A stretch of 64,000 nucleotides of DNA from a candidate division FCPU426 bacterium (GTDB taxonomy: Bacteria > Oederibacteriota > Muellerivitia > Muellerivitales > Muellerivitaceae), in NCBI GenBank assembly GCA_963847625.1, contig CAWKAR010000026.1, forward strand, positions 76,083 to 140,082. Reading direction: 5' to 3'. Under the pieces are notes generated by a model. The model was not told the DNA's origin. It searched no databases and saw only the letters and a program-made list of their open reading frames with translations. Within the stretch, counting starts at the first letter, position 1. Every line of letters begins with the position of its first letter. The translations under genes were made by a program, and so were the position numbers. Below are positions 22,417 to 31,629 of the stretch, piece by piece.

Positions 22417-24863
22417 ACTGCGGTGGGAGACGCGGGTTGGGGTTCTTCGGCCGTGAATGACAAATGATCCCCCGCGGACTTTAGCAGGAGGCGCTTACCT
22501 TCTTTCACGGTTCCCCGAAGCAATTCCTCCGCCAACGCGTCTTCCACGTACCGCTGGATGGTTCGTTTCATCTGCCGCGCTCCGTATAACTTGTCGAAGC
22601 CTTTCTCGATCAGGAAATCCCGGCCGGACTCGTCCAAAGCCAGGGTGATGTTCTTCTCCTTCAGCCTCTTCTCAACGTCCTCCAACTGGATATCCACGAT
22701 TTTTTCCAGGTGGCGGCGTTCCAGGGGATGGAACGTGATGATGTCGTCCACCCGGTTCAGGAACTCCGGATTGAAGGCTTTTCTCAGTTCGGCCTGGATC
22801 TTGGTTTTCATGCTGCTAAAGGGCTCAGCCGCCCTTTCCGAGCTGAAGCCGAGGCTCTTCTCGAGGCCGAGTTCCTTAGTGCCAAGGTTGCTGGTCATGA
22901 TAACTACGGTGTTGCGGAAATCGACCGCGCGGCCCAGGCTGTCGGTCAGGCGGCCGTCCTCCAAAACCTGGAGTAGGATATTGAATATCTCCGGGTGGGC
23001 CTTCTCGATCTCGTCGAACAGGACCACGCTGTAAGGTTTACGGCGGACCTTTTCGGTCAACTGGCCCCCTTCGTCGTGGCCCACGTACCCCGGGGGGGCG
23101 CCGGCCAGGCGGGAGACATTGAATTTTTCCATGTACTCGCTCATATCGAAACGGATCAGGGCGTCCTCGTCGTCGAAAAGGTACTGGGCCAGGGCGCGGG
23201 CCAGTTCGGTTTTTCCAACGCCTGAGGGGCCCATGAACATGAAACTCCCGATGGGCTTCTTGGGATTCCCGATTCCCGCGCGGCTCCGGCGGATGGCCTT
23301 GGAGAGGGAGTCAATGGCCTCGTCCTGGCCCACGATGCGCTTGTGGAGTTCTTCCTCCATTCTCAGGAGTTTTTCGCTCTCTTTTTCACCCAATTTAATC
23401 ATGGGGATGCCGGTCCATTTGGAAGCCACGTAGGCGATGTCTTCCCAGCTCACGACTGCTTCTTCCTTGGATTTCTTGGCCTCCCACTTCTCCTTCTCTT
23501 CCTGCAGCTTCTGGCGCATTTTTTTCATCTTGTCCCGAAGGTCGGCCGCGCGCTCGAATTCCTGAGTCTTGATGGCCTCTTCTTTCTCCTGCTTGACCTT
23601 CTCCACTTCCTTTTCCAGGTTCCGGATTTCCGGGGGCATGGTGGTGATGCGCAGGCGCGTACGGCTTCCGGCCTCGTCGATGAGGTCGATGGCCTTGTCC
23701 GGAAGGAAGCGGCCGGAGATGAACCGATGGGAAAGGCGGGCCGCGGCCTCGACGGCGTCATCGGTAATTCGCACCCGGTGATGGGCCTCATAGCGGTCCC
23801 GGAGGCCCTTGATGATCAGAATGGTTTCATCCACGGAGGGTTCATCCACCATGATCATCTGGAAACGGCGCTCCAGAGCGCCGTCCTTCTCGATGTACTT
23901 GCGGTATTCGTTCAGGGTGGTGGCGCCGATGCACTGCAGTTCCCCGCGGGCCAAAGCAGGCTTGAGCATGTTGGAGGCGTCGATAGCGCCCTCGGCGGCG
24001 CCGGCCCCCACCAGGGTATGCAGCTCGTCAATAAACAGGATCACCTTGCCCGACTGGCGGATTTCGTTGATGACGGCTTTCAGCCGCTCCTCGAACTCGC
24101 CGCGGTACTTGGTGCCCGCCACCAGGGCGGCCAGGTCCAAGGTCACGATACGCTTGTCCAGAAGGGCCTCGGGAATGTTCCCTTCCTTGATACGCTGGGC
24201 CAGTCCTTCGGCGATGGCGGTTTTTCCCACGCCAGGCTCCCCGATAAGGACGGGGTTGTTCTTCGTCCGCCGGGAGAGAATTTGGATCACCCTTTCAATC
24301 TCGTCATCCCGCCCGATCACCGGGTCCAGCTTGCCGTCCCGTGCCAACTGGGTCAAATCCCGGCCAAAGGTGTCCAAAGCCGGGGTTTTGGACTTCTTGA
24401 CCTGCTTGGAAAATTTCGGGAAAGTCCCGCCCAGGAGGTTGATGACCATGTCCCGGGATTTCTCGTACGTCACGCCCAGATTCTCCAAGGCCCGGGCCGC
24501 CACGCCCTCCCCTTCCTGGATCACGCCCAATAAAAGGTGTTCGGTGCCGATATAATTGTGGCCCAATTTCTGGGACTCTTCGGCGGCCAATTCCAATACT
24601 TTCTTGGCCGATGGGGTGAATTGGGGATCACCGATGGTCAGGGTATCTGAGGAGGGGGTGGTCAGGTTTTCAACCTCGATTCGAACCGTCTCCAGATCCA
24701 CACCCAGTGACTCCAATACCGCCACCGCCACTCCGCCGCCTTCCCGGATCAAACCCAACAACAAGTGCTCGGTGCCAATGAAATTGTGGTTCAGCCTTCT
24801 GGCCTCTTCCTTGGCCAGGGGATTGATGACTTTTTTCGCCCTTTCGGTGAATCGTTCGAACAT
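22413..24863 (-). CDS. clpC: ATP-dependent Clp protease ATP-binding subunit ClpC
   Basis: MFERFT, two Clp-N repeats, [11 protein letters not shown] coiled coil and GPSGVGKT; follows mcsAB. Confidence 0.96.
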   Translation of the reverse strand: MFERFTERAKKVINPLAKEEARRLNHNFIGTEHLLLGLIREGGGVAVAVLESLGVDLETVRIEVENLTTPSSDTLTIGDPQFTPSAKKVLELAAEESQKLGHNYIGTEHLLLGVIQEGEGVAARALENLGVTYEKSRDMVINLLGGTFPKFSKQVKKSKTPALDTFGRDLTQLARDGKLDPVIGRDDEIERVIQILSRRTKNNPVLIGEPGVGKTAIAEGLAQRIKEGNIPEALLDKRIVTLDLAALVAGTKYRGEFEERLKAVINEIRQSGKVILFIDELHTLVGAGAAEGAIDASNMLKPALARGELQCIGATTLNEYRKYIEKDGALERRFQMIMVDEPSVDETILIIKGLRDRYEAHHRVRITDDAVEAAARLSHRFISGRFLPDKAIDLIDEAGSRTRLRITTMPPEIRNLEKEVEKVKQEKEEAIKTQEFERAADLRDKMKKMRQKLQEEKEKWEAKKSKEEAVVSWEDIAYVASKWTGIPMIKLGEKESEKLLRMEEELHKRIVGQDEAIDSLSKAIRRSRAGIGNPKKPIGSFMFMGPSGVGKTELARALAQYLFDDEDALIRFDMSEYMEKFNVSRLAGAPPGYVGHDEGGQLTEKVRRKPYSVVLFDEIEKAHPEIFNILLQVLEDGRLTDSLGRAVDFRNTVVIMTSNLGTKELGLEKSLGFSSERAAEPFSSMKTKIQAELRKAFNPEFLNRVDDIITFHPLERRHLEKIVDIQLEDVEKRLKEKNITLALDESGRDFLIEKGFDKLYGARQMKRTIQRYVEDALAEELLRGTVKEGKRLLLKSAGDHLSFTAEEPQPASPTAV

Positions 24864-24980
24864 TGAAATCTCCTTGAATTCGTTAGCCGTCTTTTATCAG
24901 AGCAAATTTGGGCGGATTCCCTAAAAATACCGGCAACAAACCATTGCCGAAAACCCAGATCTAACACCTATCGTCTCTCT

Positions 24981-26042
24981 TTAGACGGCTTCCACACCCT
25001 TTAAAACCTTTCCCAGGAATTTGGCCCTTTCCAAGGCTTCCTGCTCGGGATTCAACTCCCGGGCCGCAATCTTCGTGAGATGGGCTGGTTGTATTAAGAT
25101 GAGAAGGCTGTTTAAGTTTGGCAAGTCGATGCCGGTTAATATTTTCTGTTCGATCCCCACCCGGATGGCGGACAACTCGTCCAAAGCTTCCTGGAGTGAG
25201 ATTATTTTAGCATTTTTCAAGGTTCCCAGGGCCCGGCATATGCGGTCCCGGATCCGGATCCCCTCCTGTTTAAACACCGCTTTTTTGGTATGTTGTTCCA
25301 CTTCTACCATTTGACGCGCCATGCGCTCCACATGTTCCACGATTTCCAAGCCCCGCTTACCCAGGGAAAATTGGTTTGAAATCTGGAAATACGCGCTGAC
25401 CACCTGGGTGCTCTCCCCCTGGATTCCCCGGACGATCAAGCCCACCTGAGTCACCCCCTGGAGGACCTGGGAAATGCGGTTGCTGTAGGTGAGGGCGGGA
25501 AGATGGATCAGGACGCTTGCCCTGAGGGCAAGGCCCAGGTTGGTGGGGCAGGCTGTCAGGTAACCCAGCTGGGGGTCCTTGGCATAAGGAAGGCGGGCGG
25601 CTAGGGCCCGGTCAATCTGGGTCATCTCATGGAAACCCTTCCGGAGGTTCAACCCAGTCCGGAAGACCTGGATCCTCAAATGATCCTCTTCGTTTACGAG
25701 AATGCTCAGGCCCGACTTCGAGTCAAAAGCCACAGCGCTTTCCCCCAGGCTGGCGGCGTGCTCGGCCGAGATCAATTGGTGTTCGGTCAGGAACTGCCGG
25801 TCCAGGGAGGAGATTTCCTTCAGCCGGACAAACCGCAGGTCCTTAAATTGGGGCTCACTCGTCAGAACATGCTGGACCGCTTCCAGGATTTCCTTTTGCT
25901 CGTTCGCGCTGGCGTGATGGGGGAATTTCCTTCCCTCCAGGTTGCGAGCGAGGCGCAAACGGCTGGAGACCACGACTTCCCCCAAGGGTCCCATCTGGGT
26001 GAACCATTCCCCCGCGGAGGATAAAAGTTCCTCAAAAGCCAT
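24981..26042 (-). CDS. mcsB: Protein-arginine kinase McsB
   Basis: SSRLRLARN, NEEDHLR and GYLTACPTNLG. Confidence 0.93.
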   Translation of the reverse strand: MAFEELLSSAGEWFTQMGPLGEVVVSSRLRLARNLEGRKFPHHASANEQKEILEAVQHVLTSEPQFKDLRFVRLKEISSLDRQFLTEHQLISAEHAASLGESAVAFDSKSGLSILVNEEDHLRIQVFRTGLNLRKGFHEMTQIDRALAARLPYAKDPQLGYLTACPTNLGLALRASVLIHLPALTYSNRISQVLQGVTQVGLIVRGIQGESTQVVSAYFQISNQFSLGKRGLEIVEHVERMARQMVEVEQHTKKAVFKQEGIRIRDRICRALGTLKNAKIISLQEALDELSAIRVGIEQKILTGIDLPNLNSLLILIQPAHLTKIAARELNPEQEALERAKFLGKVLKGVEAV

Positions 26043-26044
26043 GG

Positions 26045-26611
26045 CTATTCCTTTTCCATCCGCTGGATTTCATCCCGTAGCTGGGCCGCTTCCTCGTACT
26101 TTTCCTTTTGAACCGCTTCCTTTAATTTCTTCCGCAATTGGGCGATTTGTGATTCCTTGGGGGTTTTCGGCTCCTGGACCGCCGGGACATCCGGGGAGAC
26201 GGCCTCATGTTGTTCCTCGGCGTGGCGGATATTCCCATGGATGCCCGTGATTAAAGGTTCTAAGGTTTCCCTAAAGGACTCGTAACAATGGGTGCAACCC
26301 AACCGGCCGTTCAAGTGGAAAGTGGATAACTGATATCCGCATTGGGGGCATTGGAGCTGGCCCTCCTTCATGGGCATCGGGACCCTTCCCGGCTCCCCTT
26401 CGGCGGCGTTAGCCTGGCCCCAGGGCATGAAATTGGAGATGAATTCCGTGAGAGCCGCGAATGGGTTGAAATTCAGCGGGTTTATTCCACCGTAAGCCCG
26501 GTTTTGTTCCTGAGCGCACACCTCGCAGAGGTGCGCTTGCGAGGTCTGGTTTCCCACGGTCTGGGAAATGAACACCGTCGCCTGTCGTTGTCCGCATTTC
26601 TGGCAGAGCAT
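26045..26611 (-). CDS. mcsA: Protein-arginine kinase activator McsA
   Basis: Four CxxC motifs and a C-terminal UVR motif (YEEAAQLRDEI). Confidence 0.93.
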   Translation of the reverse strand: MLCQKCGQRQATVFISQTVGNQTSQAHLCEVCAQEQNRAYGGINPLNFNPFAALTEFISNFMPWGQANAAEGEPGRVPMPMKEGQLQCPQCGYQLSTFHLNGRLGCTHCYESFRETLEPLITGIHGNIRHAEEQHEAVSPDVPAVQEPKTPKESQIAQLRKKLKEAVQKEKYEEAAQLRDEIQRMEKE

Positions 26612-26673
26612 TTGCTTACCTCAAACTATCATCGAAATTTTCAACCAGCACCGAAAGTCGAATCATCCCAAAG

Positions 26674-27354
26674 TCACGTTTTTCGTTTAGTCACCCGCCC
26701 CGCGTTTAAAGTTAACACATGGTCCGCGCGTTTGGCCAGCGGCTCGTAGTGTGTCACCACGATGAGAGTCCGGCCCTCTTTCTGGCAAAGCTCCCAGAGC
26801 GCGTCATGGATTCCCTCGGCGGTCCGGCTGTCCAGGTTTCCGGTGGGTTCGTCTGCCAGGATGATCTCTGGTTCGTTCATGACCGCCCGGCAAACGGCCA
26901 CCCTTTGCTGTTCCCCTCCCGAGAGTTCCCCGGGCTTGTGGTTCATGCGCGCGGAAAGACCCACCTGCTCCAATAGTTTTTTGGCGCGGGAGAGGCATTC
27001 CTCGTAGGGACGCCGTCCCACCCTGCCAGGCAAGATCACGTTTTCCAGGGCGGTCAGCTCCGGCATCAGGTAATGAAACTGGAAAACGAACCCGAACGCT
27101 TTATTGCGCAGGACGGCCAGTTCCTCCGAGGCCATCTCGTAAAGGGACTTGTCCTTGAAAAAAACCTTGCCGACGGAAGGGCTGCTCAACCCCCCCAAGA
27201 GGGTCAAGAGCGTGCTTTTCCCGGACCCTGACGGCCCCAGGATGACGGTGATATCTCCTGCGTCCAAGGTGAAGCTGACTTCCTGGAGGGCCTGGACCAC
27301 CTCCCCATCCAGGGAGAAGATCTTGCTGACATTATCGACCTTTAATATTTCCAT
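26674..27354 (-). CDS. lolD: Lipoprotein-releasing ABC transporter ATP-binding protein
   Basis: GPSGSGKST, GFVFQFHYL, LSGGEQQR and DEPTGNLD; follows a lolC/E gene. Confidence 0.88.
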   Translation of the reverse strand: MEILKVDNVSKIFSLDGEVVQALQEVSFTLDAGDITVILGPSGSGKSTLLTLLGGLSSPSVGKVFFKDKSLYEMASEELAVLRNKAFGFVFQFHYLMPELTALENVILPGRVGRRPYEECLSRAKKLLEQVGLSARMNHKPGELSGGEQQRVAVCRAVMNEPEIILADEPTGNLDSRTAEGIHDALWELCQKEGRTLIVVTHYEPLAKRADHVLTLNAGRVTKRKT

Positions 27355-27369
27355 TCAAACCTTTCCCGA

Positions 27370-28623
27370 TCAACCTAAGCGGATGGCTTCCACCGGCTCC
27401 AGCTTGGCGGCTTGCCTGGCCGGGTAAAGAGTGGCTATAAAGCACAACAACACCGACATCACGGGAATGATGAGGAAGTTGACACGGGGGTCCACCTTGA
27501 CCGGTAGGCGGTCGATGTAATAGACCATCCCGCCTCCGGGCATGGGAATAGGGACTCGGGCGATGATCTCACAAAGGACGTAACCCCCAAGAAGCCCCAC
27601 GAGAATGCCGATCACGCCGATGAACATCCCATCGAAGATGAAAATCAAGGTGATGCTGCGGTGCGTGCCGCCCATGGCCTTCAGGATGCCGATCTCTTTC
27701 GTCTTTTCGATAACCATCATGGTCAGAGGATTCACGATGTTCAAGGCCGCCACCAGGACGATCAGCGAAAGGATGATGCCCATGACCCATTTCTCGGTCT
27801 GTAGGGCAACAAAGAGGTTGTGGTTCATCTGAAGCCAGTCCTGGACGAAATACTTGCCGTGGAACTTTTCCCGGATTTCCTTGGCCAACGCTGGCGCCAG
27901 GTCCACGTTGTCCACCTTGACGGCAACCCCCGTGACGTTATCCTCCAGTTGGTACATCTTCCGGCCGTTATCCAGGGAAACATAGGTGTATGCCGAGTCG
28001 TAATCGTACATGCCGGTGGACAATATCCCCACCACCTGGTATTTCACGCTCTTGGGCATCATGCCCAGCGGAGTGGCTTGAAGGATGGGAAGGAATAGCA
28101 CTAAATCATCCCCCACGTTTACATGCAGGCGCTGGGCCAATTCCGCCCCCAGGAATATCCTCTCCGACCTGCCGGAGGCGGTGTCGGGCGGGCTTTTCAA
28201 GTCCACGGCCTTGGCTTCCCACAAATATTTGTTCAAGTCCGCGATGGCCTGTGGCGCATCTGGATCCACGCCCCAGACCATCACGCCCAGGGAGCGTTCC
28301 TTGGAACGGGCCAGGGCTTGGCCTTCCACGTAGGGGCCGACCGCCTTCACATGATCCATTTGCCGGATGGTTTGCGTGATCTGGTCGAAGTCGCCGATGG
28401 GATGGTTCTGGTATCCCGAGACGATGATATGGGCGTTCAAACCGATGATTTTGGCCTTCAAATCCTCGTCGAAACCGTTCATGACCGAGAGAACCACGTT
28501 CAAGGCCATGACCCCGATGGCCACGCCCGCCACCGATATCCAGGTCAGGATGGATATGGCGGTTCTCTTGCGCTTGGAGCGCAGGTAACGCAGGCCAAGG
28601 AATATTTCAAATGGTAGGTTCAT
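27370..28623 (-). CDS. lolE: Lipoprotein-releasing ABC transporter permease (LolC/E family)
   Basis: LRYLRSK, SVMNGF, EIGILKAMG and ATLYPARQAA. Confidence 0.88.
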   Translation of the reverse strand: MNLPFEIFLGLRYLRSKRKRTAISILTWISVAGVAIGVMALNVVLSVMNGFDEDLKAKIIGLNAHIIVSGYQNHPIGDFDQITQTIRQMDHVKAVGPYVEGQALARSKERSLGVMVWGVDPDAPQAIADLNKYLWEAKAVDLKSPPDTASGRSERIFLGAELAQRLHVNVGDDLVLFLPILQATPLGMMPKSVKYQVVGILSTGMYDYDSAYTYVSLDNGRKMYQLEDNVTGVAVKVDNVDLAPALAKEIREKFHGKYFVQDWLQMNHNLFVALQTEKWVMGIILSLIVLVAALNIVNPLTMMVIEKTKEIGILKAMGGTHRSITLIFIFDGMFIGVIGILVGLLGGYVLCEIIARVPIPMPGGGMVYYIDRLPVKVDPRVNFLIIPVMSVLLCFIATLYPARQAAKLEPVEAIRLG

Positions 28624-28671
28624 TCGAAGCTTTTTATTACTCCCTTTCCCCCATCGGCGGAGGGTTCATCA

Positions 28672-30189
28672 TCAGCTATCAAAGGTCATTTTTTCCTCGT
28701 CCTCGCGCTGCCGGAGTAGCGGGAAAAGGATGACGTCCCGGATGGAGGAGCTGTTCGTCAAGAGCATCAGGAGGCGGTCGATCCCGATGCCCACCCCGCC
28801 CGCGGGGGGCATTCCGTAGGAGAGCGCGAGGATATAATCCTCGTCCAGGTACATGCCTTCCTCGTCCCCGGCCTTGCGCAGCTCCACTTGTTTCTCGAAC
28901 CGCCGTCGCTGGTCCATCGGGTCGTTCAACTCGGAAAACCCGTTGGCGATCTCCCGACCCAGGACGAACAGTTCGAACCGTTCCGTCAGGGCCGGATTCT
29001 CCGCCTTGGCCTTGGCAAGCGGTGAGACTTCCACCGGAAAGTCCGTGATAAAAGTGGGTTGGACCAATTTGGATTCCACCAATTCCCCGAAAAGGATGTA
29101 GGCCAACTCGGCCTTGGACAGCGAGTCGATATGCCGAACATTGGCCGGTGAATTTCGGACCCGCTTCCTCAGTTCCTCTAATGTGATTTTTTCATAATCC
29201 AAGCCCCCGATTTCCATTAAGCCCTGAAGCAATGGAATTCGTTTGAACGGGGGGGTAAAGTCAATTTCAATTTCCCCCACCTTGATCTTTAAATCCCGTC
29301 CAGCTGCCCGAACTCCTTCCGCGATGACTTTCTCGGTCAGGATCATGGCGGTCTCGTTGTTTCCATAGGCCTGGTAGGCCTCCATCATGGTGAACTCGGG
29401 ATTGTGCTGGATGCTGATTCCCTCATTGCGGAAACTCCGGTTGATCTCATAAACCCGCTCGAATCCCCCCACCAAAAGGCGCTTCAAGTAAAGCTCGGGA
29501 GCAACCCTCATGAAAAGGTCCATGTCCAACGCGTTGTGGTGGGTCGTGAAGGGCTTGGCTGCTGCGCCGCCCGGGATGGGGTGAAGCATGGGCGTTTCCA
29601 CCTCCAGGAACCCCTGGGATTCCATGTACCGGCGGATGGCCGCCACCACCCTGGAACGGGTCTCGAAAGTCCTGCGGACCTCCTCGTTGACGATCAGGTC
29701 CACGTAACGGTGTCGGTACCGGGCCTCCACGTCCGTCAGGCCGTGCCACTTTTCCGGGAGCGGATGGAGAGCCTTGGAAAGGACTTGGAAGGTTTCCACG
29801 TGGACCGTGACCTCCCCGGTTTTCGTCTTGAAGGGAAACCCTTTGACGCCGATGATGTCGCCCATTTCCAAGAGGCCGAAAACCTGGTAAGCGGCCTCGC
29901 CGACCCCGTCCAGCTTCGTGTAAATCTGGATTCTTCCCTTCGAGTCCTGAAGGTGCGCGAACGCGCTCTTGCCGTGCCCCCGAAGTGTCATGATGCGTCC
30001 GGCCACGGCCACCTTCTCGTCCTCCTTGTGATCCCCCGCCTCCAACCCCTGGTAACGGTCCAAAAGGTCCTTGGAATGGTGAGTTTGCTCGAAGGCCGCC
30101 GCAGGATAGGGTTGGACACCCTTTTCCTTGAGCTCTTTCAACTTTTCCAATCGGGTCTTGATGAATTCATTTAGTTCTGACATAAACAT
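28672..30189 (-). CDS. lysS: Lysine--tRNA ligase (class II)
   Basis: PLPEKWHGL, GGAAAKPF, FRNEG, HNPEFT and GIGIDRL. Confidence 0.98.
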   Translation of the reverse strand: MFMSELNEFIKTRLEKLKELKEKGVQPYPAAAFEQTHHSKDLLDRYQGLEAGDHKEDEKVAVAGRIMTLRGHGKSAFAHLQDSKGRIQIYTKLDGVGEAAYQVFGLLEMGDIIGVKGFPFKTKTGEVTVHVETFQVLSKALHPLPEKWHGLTDVEARYRHRYVDLIVNEEVRRTFETRSRVVAAIRRYMESQGFLEVETPMLHPIPGGAAAKPFTTHHNALDMDLFMRVAPELYLKRLLVGGFERVYEINRSFRNEGISIQHNPEFTMMEAYQAYGNNETAMILTEKVIAEGVRAAGRDLKIKVGEIEIDFTPPFKRIPLLQGLMEIGGLDYEKITLEELRKRVRNSPANVRHIDSLSKAELAYILFGELVESKLVQPTFITDFPVEVSPLAKAKAENPALTERFELFVLGREIANGFSELNDPMDQRRRFEKQVELRKAGDEEGMYLDEDYILALSYGMPPAGGVGIGIDRLLMLLTNSSSIRDVILFPLLRQREDEEKMTFDS

Positions 30190-30270
30190 GATTCTCCTGA
30201 AGATTCCTCTTTAAAAAATAATGTTCCGCGTGAAATCCTGAACCGCTCAAGCGCTTTGTTCAAGACACTC

Positions 30271-31372
30271 CTAATTTGAATTGATCCGTTTATCCTTCAA
30301 AGCCGCCTCGATGAAGAGGTCCAAATCCCCGTCCATGACGCGAGCGATATCGCCTACTTCCATTTCAGTCCGGTGATCCTTCACCATCTGGTATGGCTGG
30401 AACACATAGGAACGGATTTGGCTTCCCCATTCTATTTTTTTCTTGGAACCCGCTACTTTGGCCATTTCCTCGTCGTGCAGGTCCTGGTAGTGCTGGAAAA
30501 GCCTGGCTTTCAGCATTCTCATGGCTTGTTCACGGTTCTGGAGCTGGGAACGCTGGGTCTGGCAGGCAACGATGATATTGGTGGGTACGTGGGTCAGGCG
30601 GACCGCCGTTTCCACTTTATTGACATTCTGCCCACCCTTGCCGCCTGAGCGGAAAGTGTCCAGCTTGATATCATCCGGATTAATCTCGAATTCCACATCC
30701 TCTACCTCGGGCATGACGTCCACCGAGGAGAAGGAGGTATGCCGCCTTTTGTTCGCGTCAAAAGGGGAGATTCGCACAAGCCGGTGAACCCCTTTTTCCA
30801 CCTTGAGAAGCCCGTAAGCCCAGGGACCTTTAACAAGTAGGGAAACCGACTTGATGCCGGCTTCCTCCGCCACCTGGAGGTCGAGGGTTTCTACCTCAAA
30901 TCCCTTCTTTTCCATCCACCGCAGATACATCCGGAGCAGGATTTGCGCCCAATCCTGACTTTCGGTGCCCCCCGCGCCGGGATGAATGGAAACATAAGCG
31001 TTATTGAAATCGTATTTGCCTGTGAAATTGCGTTTGAGCTCGAATTTGCTGAAATCTTCGTCGAATTTCTGCTGGCTTTGCTTCAATTCCGCGAGCAACG
31101 CGTCGTCGTGTTGTTCCTTGAGCAATTCCTGGCAGGTGATCAGGTCGTGGTACTGCTTCTGGAAATCCTCAAACAGAGCTAAATTGTCTTTCAATCGTGC
31201 AATCTGCCCGGTTATTTTCCTAGCTTCTTGGGTATTGTTCCAAAAATCAGGCTGAATGGTCCGTTCTTCCTGTGAGGCTATGTCCCGCTTGAGTTTATCG
31301 GGGTCAAAGATGATCCCTCACTTCGGTGAATTTCCTCTCTAAGGACTTGACGTCCAGCTCGAATAACGCCAA
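30271..31372 (-). CDS. prfB: Peptide chain release factor 2, with programmed +1 frameshift
   Basis: SPF and GGQ motifs. A 22-codon first ORF from TTG 31372 ends at CTT TGA C and continues in the +1 frame ([23 protein letters not shown]...). Confidence 0.95.
31303..31319 (-). promoter_or_regulatory. prfB frameshift cassette
   Basis: G AGG GAT CAT CTT TGA C: internal SD-like AGGG followed by CTT-TGA-C. Confidence 0.92.
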
Positions 31373-31553
31373 TCCAACCACCACCCTTCCGATGAAATTC
31401 GGCGGTCCCCAAGGGAGGGCCGTCCTGAAAAACCTTTTGGGAATGGACAGGATATAGTACCCATTCCCATAAAACACTAAAAAAACCGCCAAAAGGTTCT
31501 ACTACCTCCGCCGATTTGCGCCGGAAACCTAGTACCTGCCTTCGTCTCATTGA

Positions 31554-31582
31554 TTGACAGGTCTTAGGCTCTCCCCTAAACT
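31554..31582 (+). promoter_or_regulatory. Sigma-70-type promoter for pheT
   Basis: TTGACA-N17-TAAACT about 50 nt upstream of the ATG. Confidence 0.7.
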
Positions 31583-31629
31583 TTCTGGAATCTTCCGTAT
31601 TCAAGCTATTTTCCCGTTCAAGGAATGTC

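Noticed and set aside
31304..31492. Separate 62-aa gene, or prfB as a pseudogene
   Set aside because: Its 3' part is the first reading frame of frameshifted prfB.
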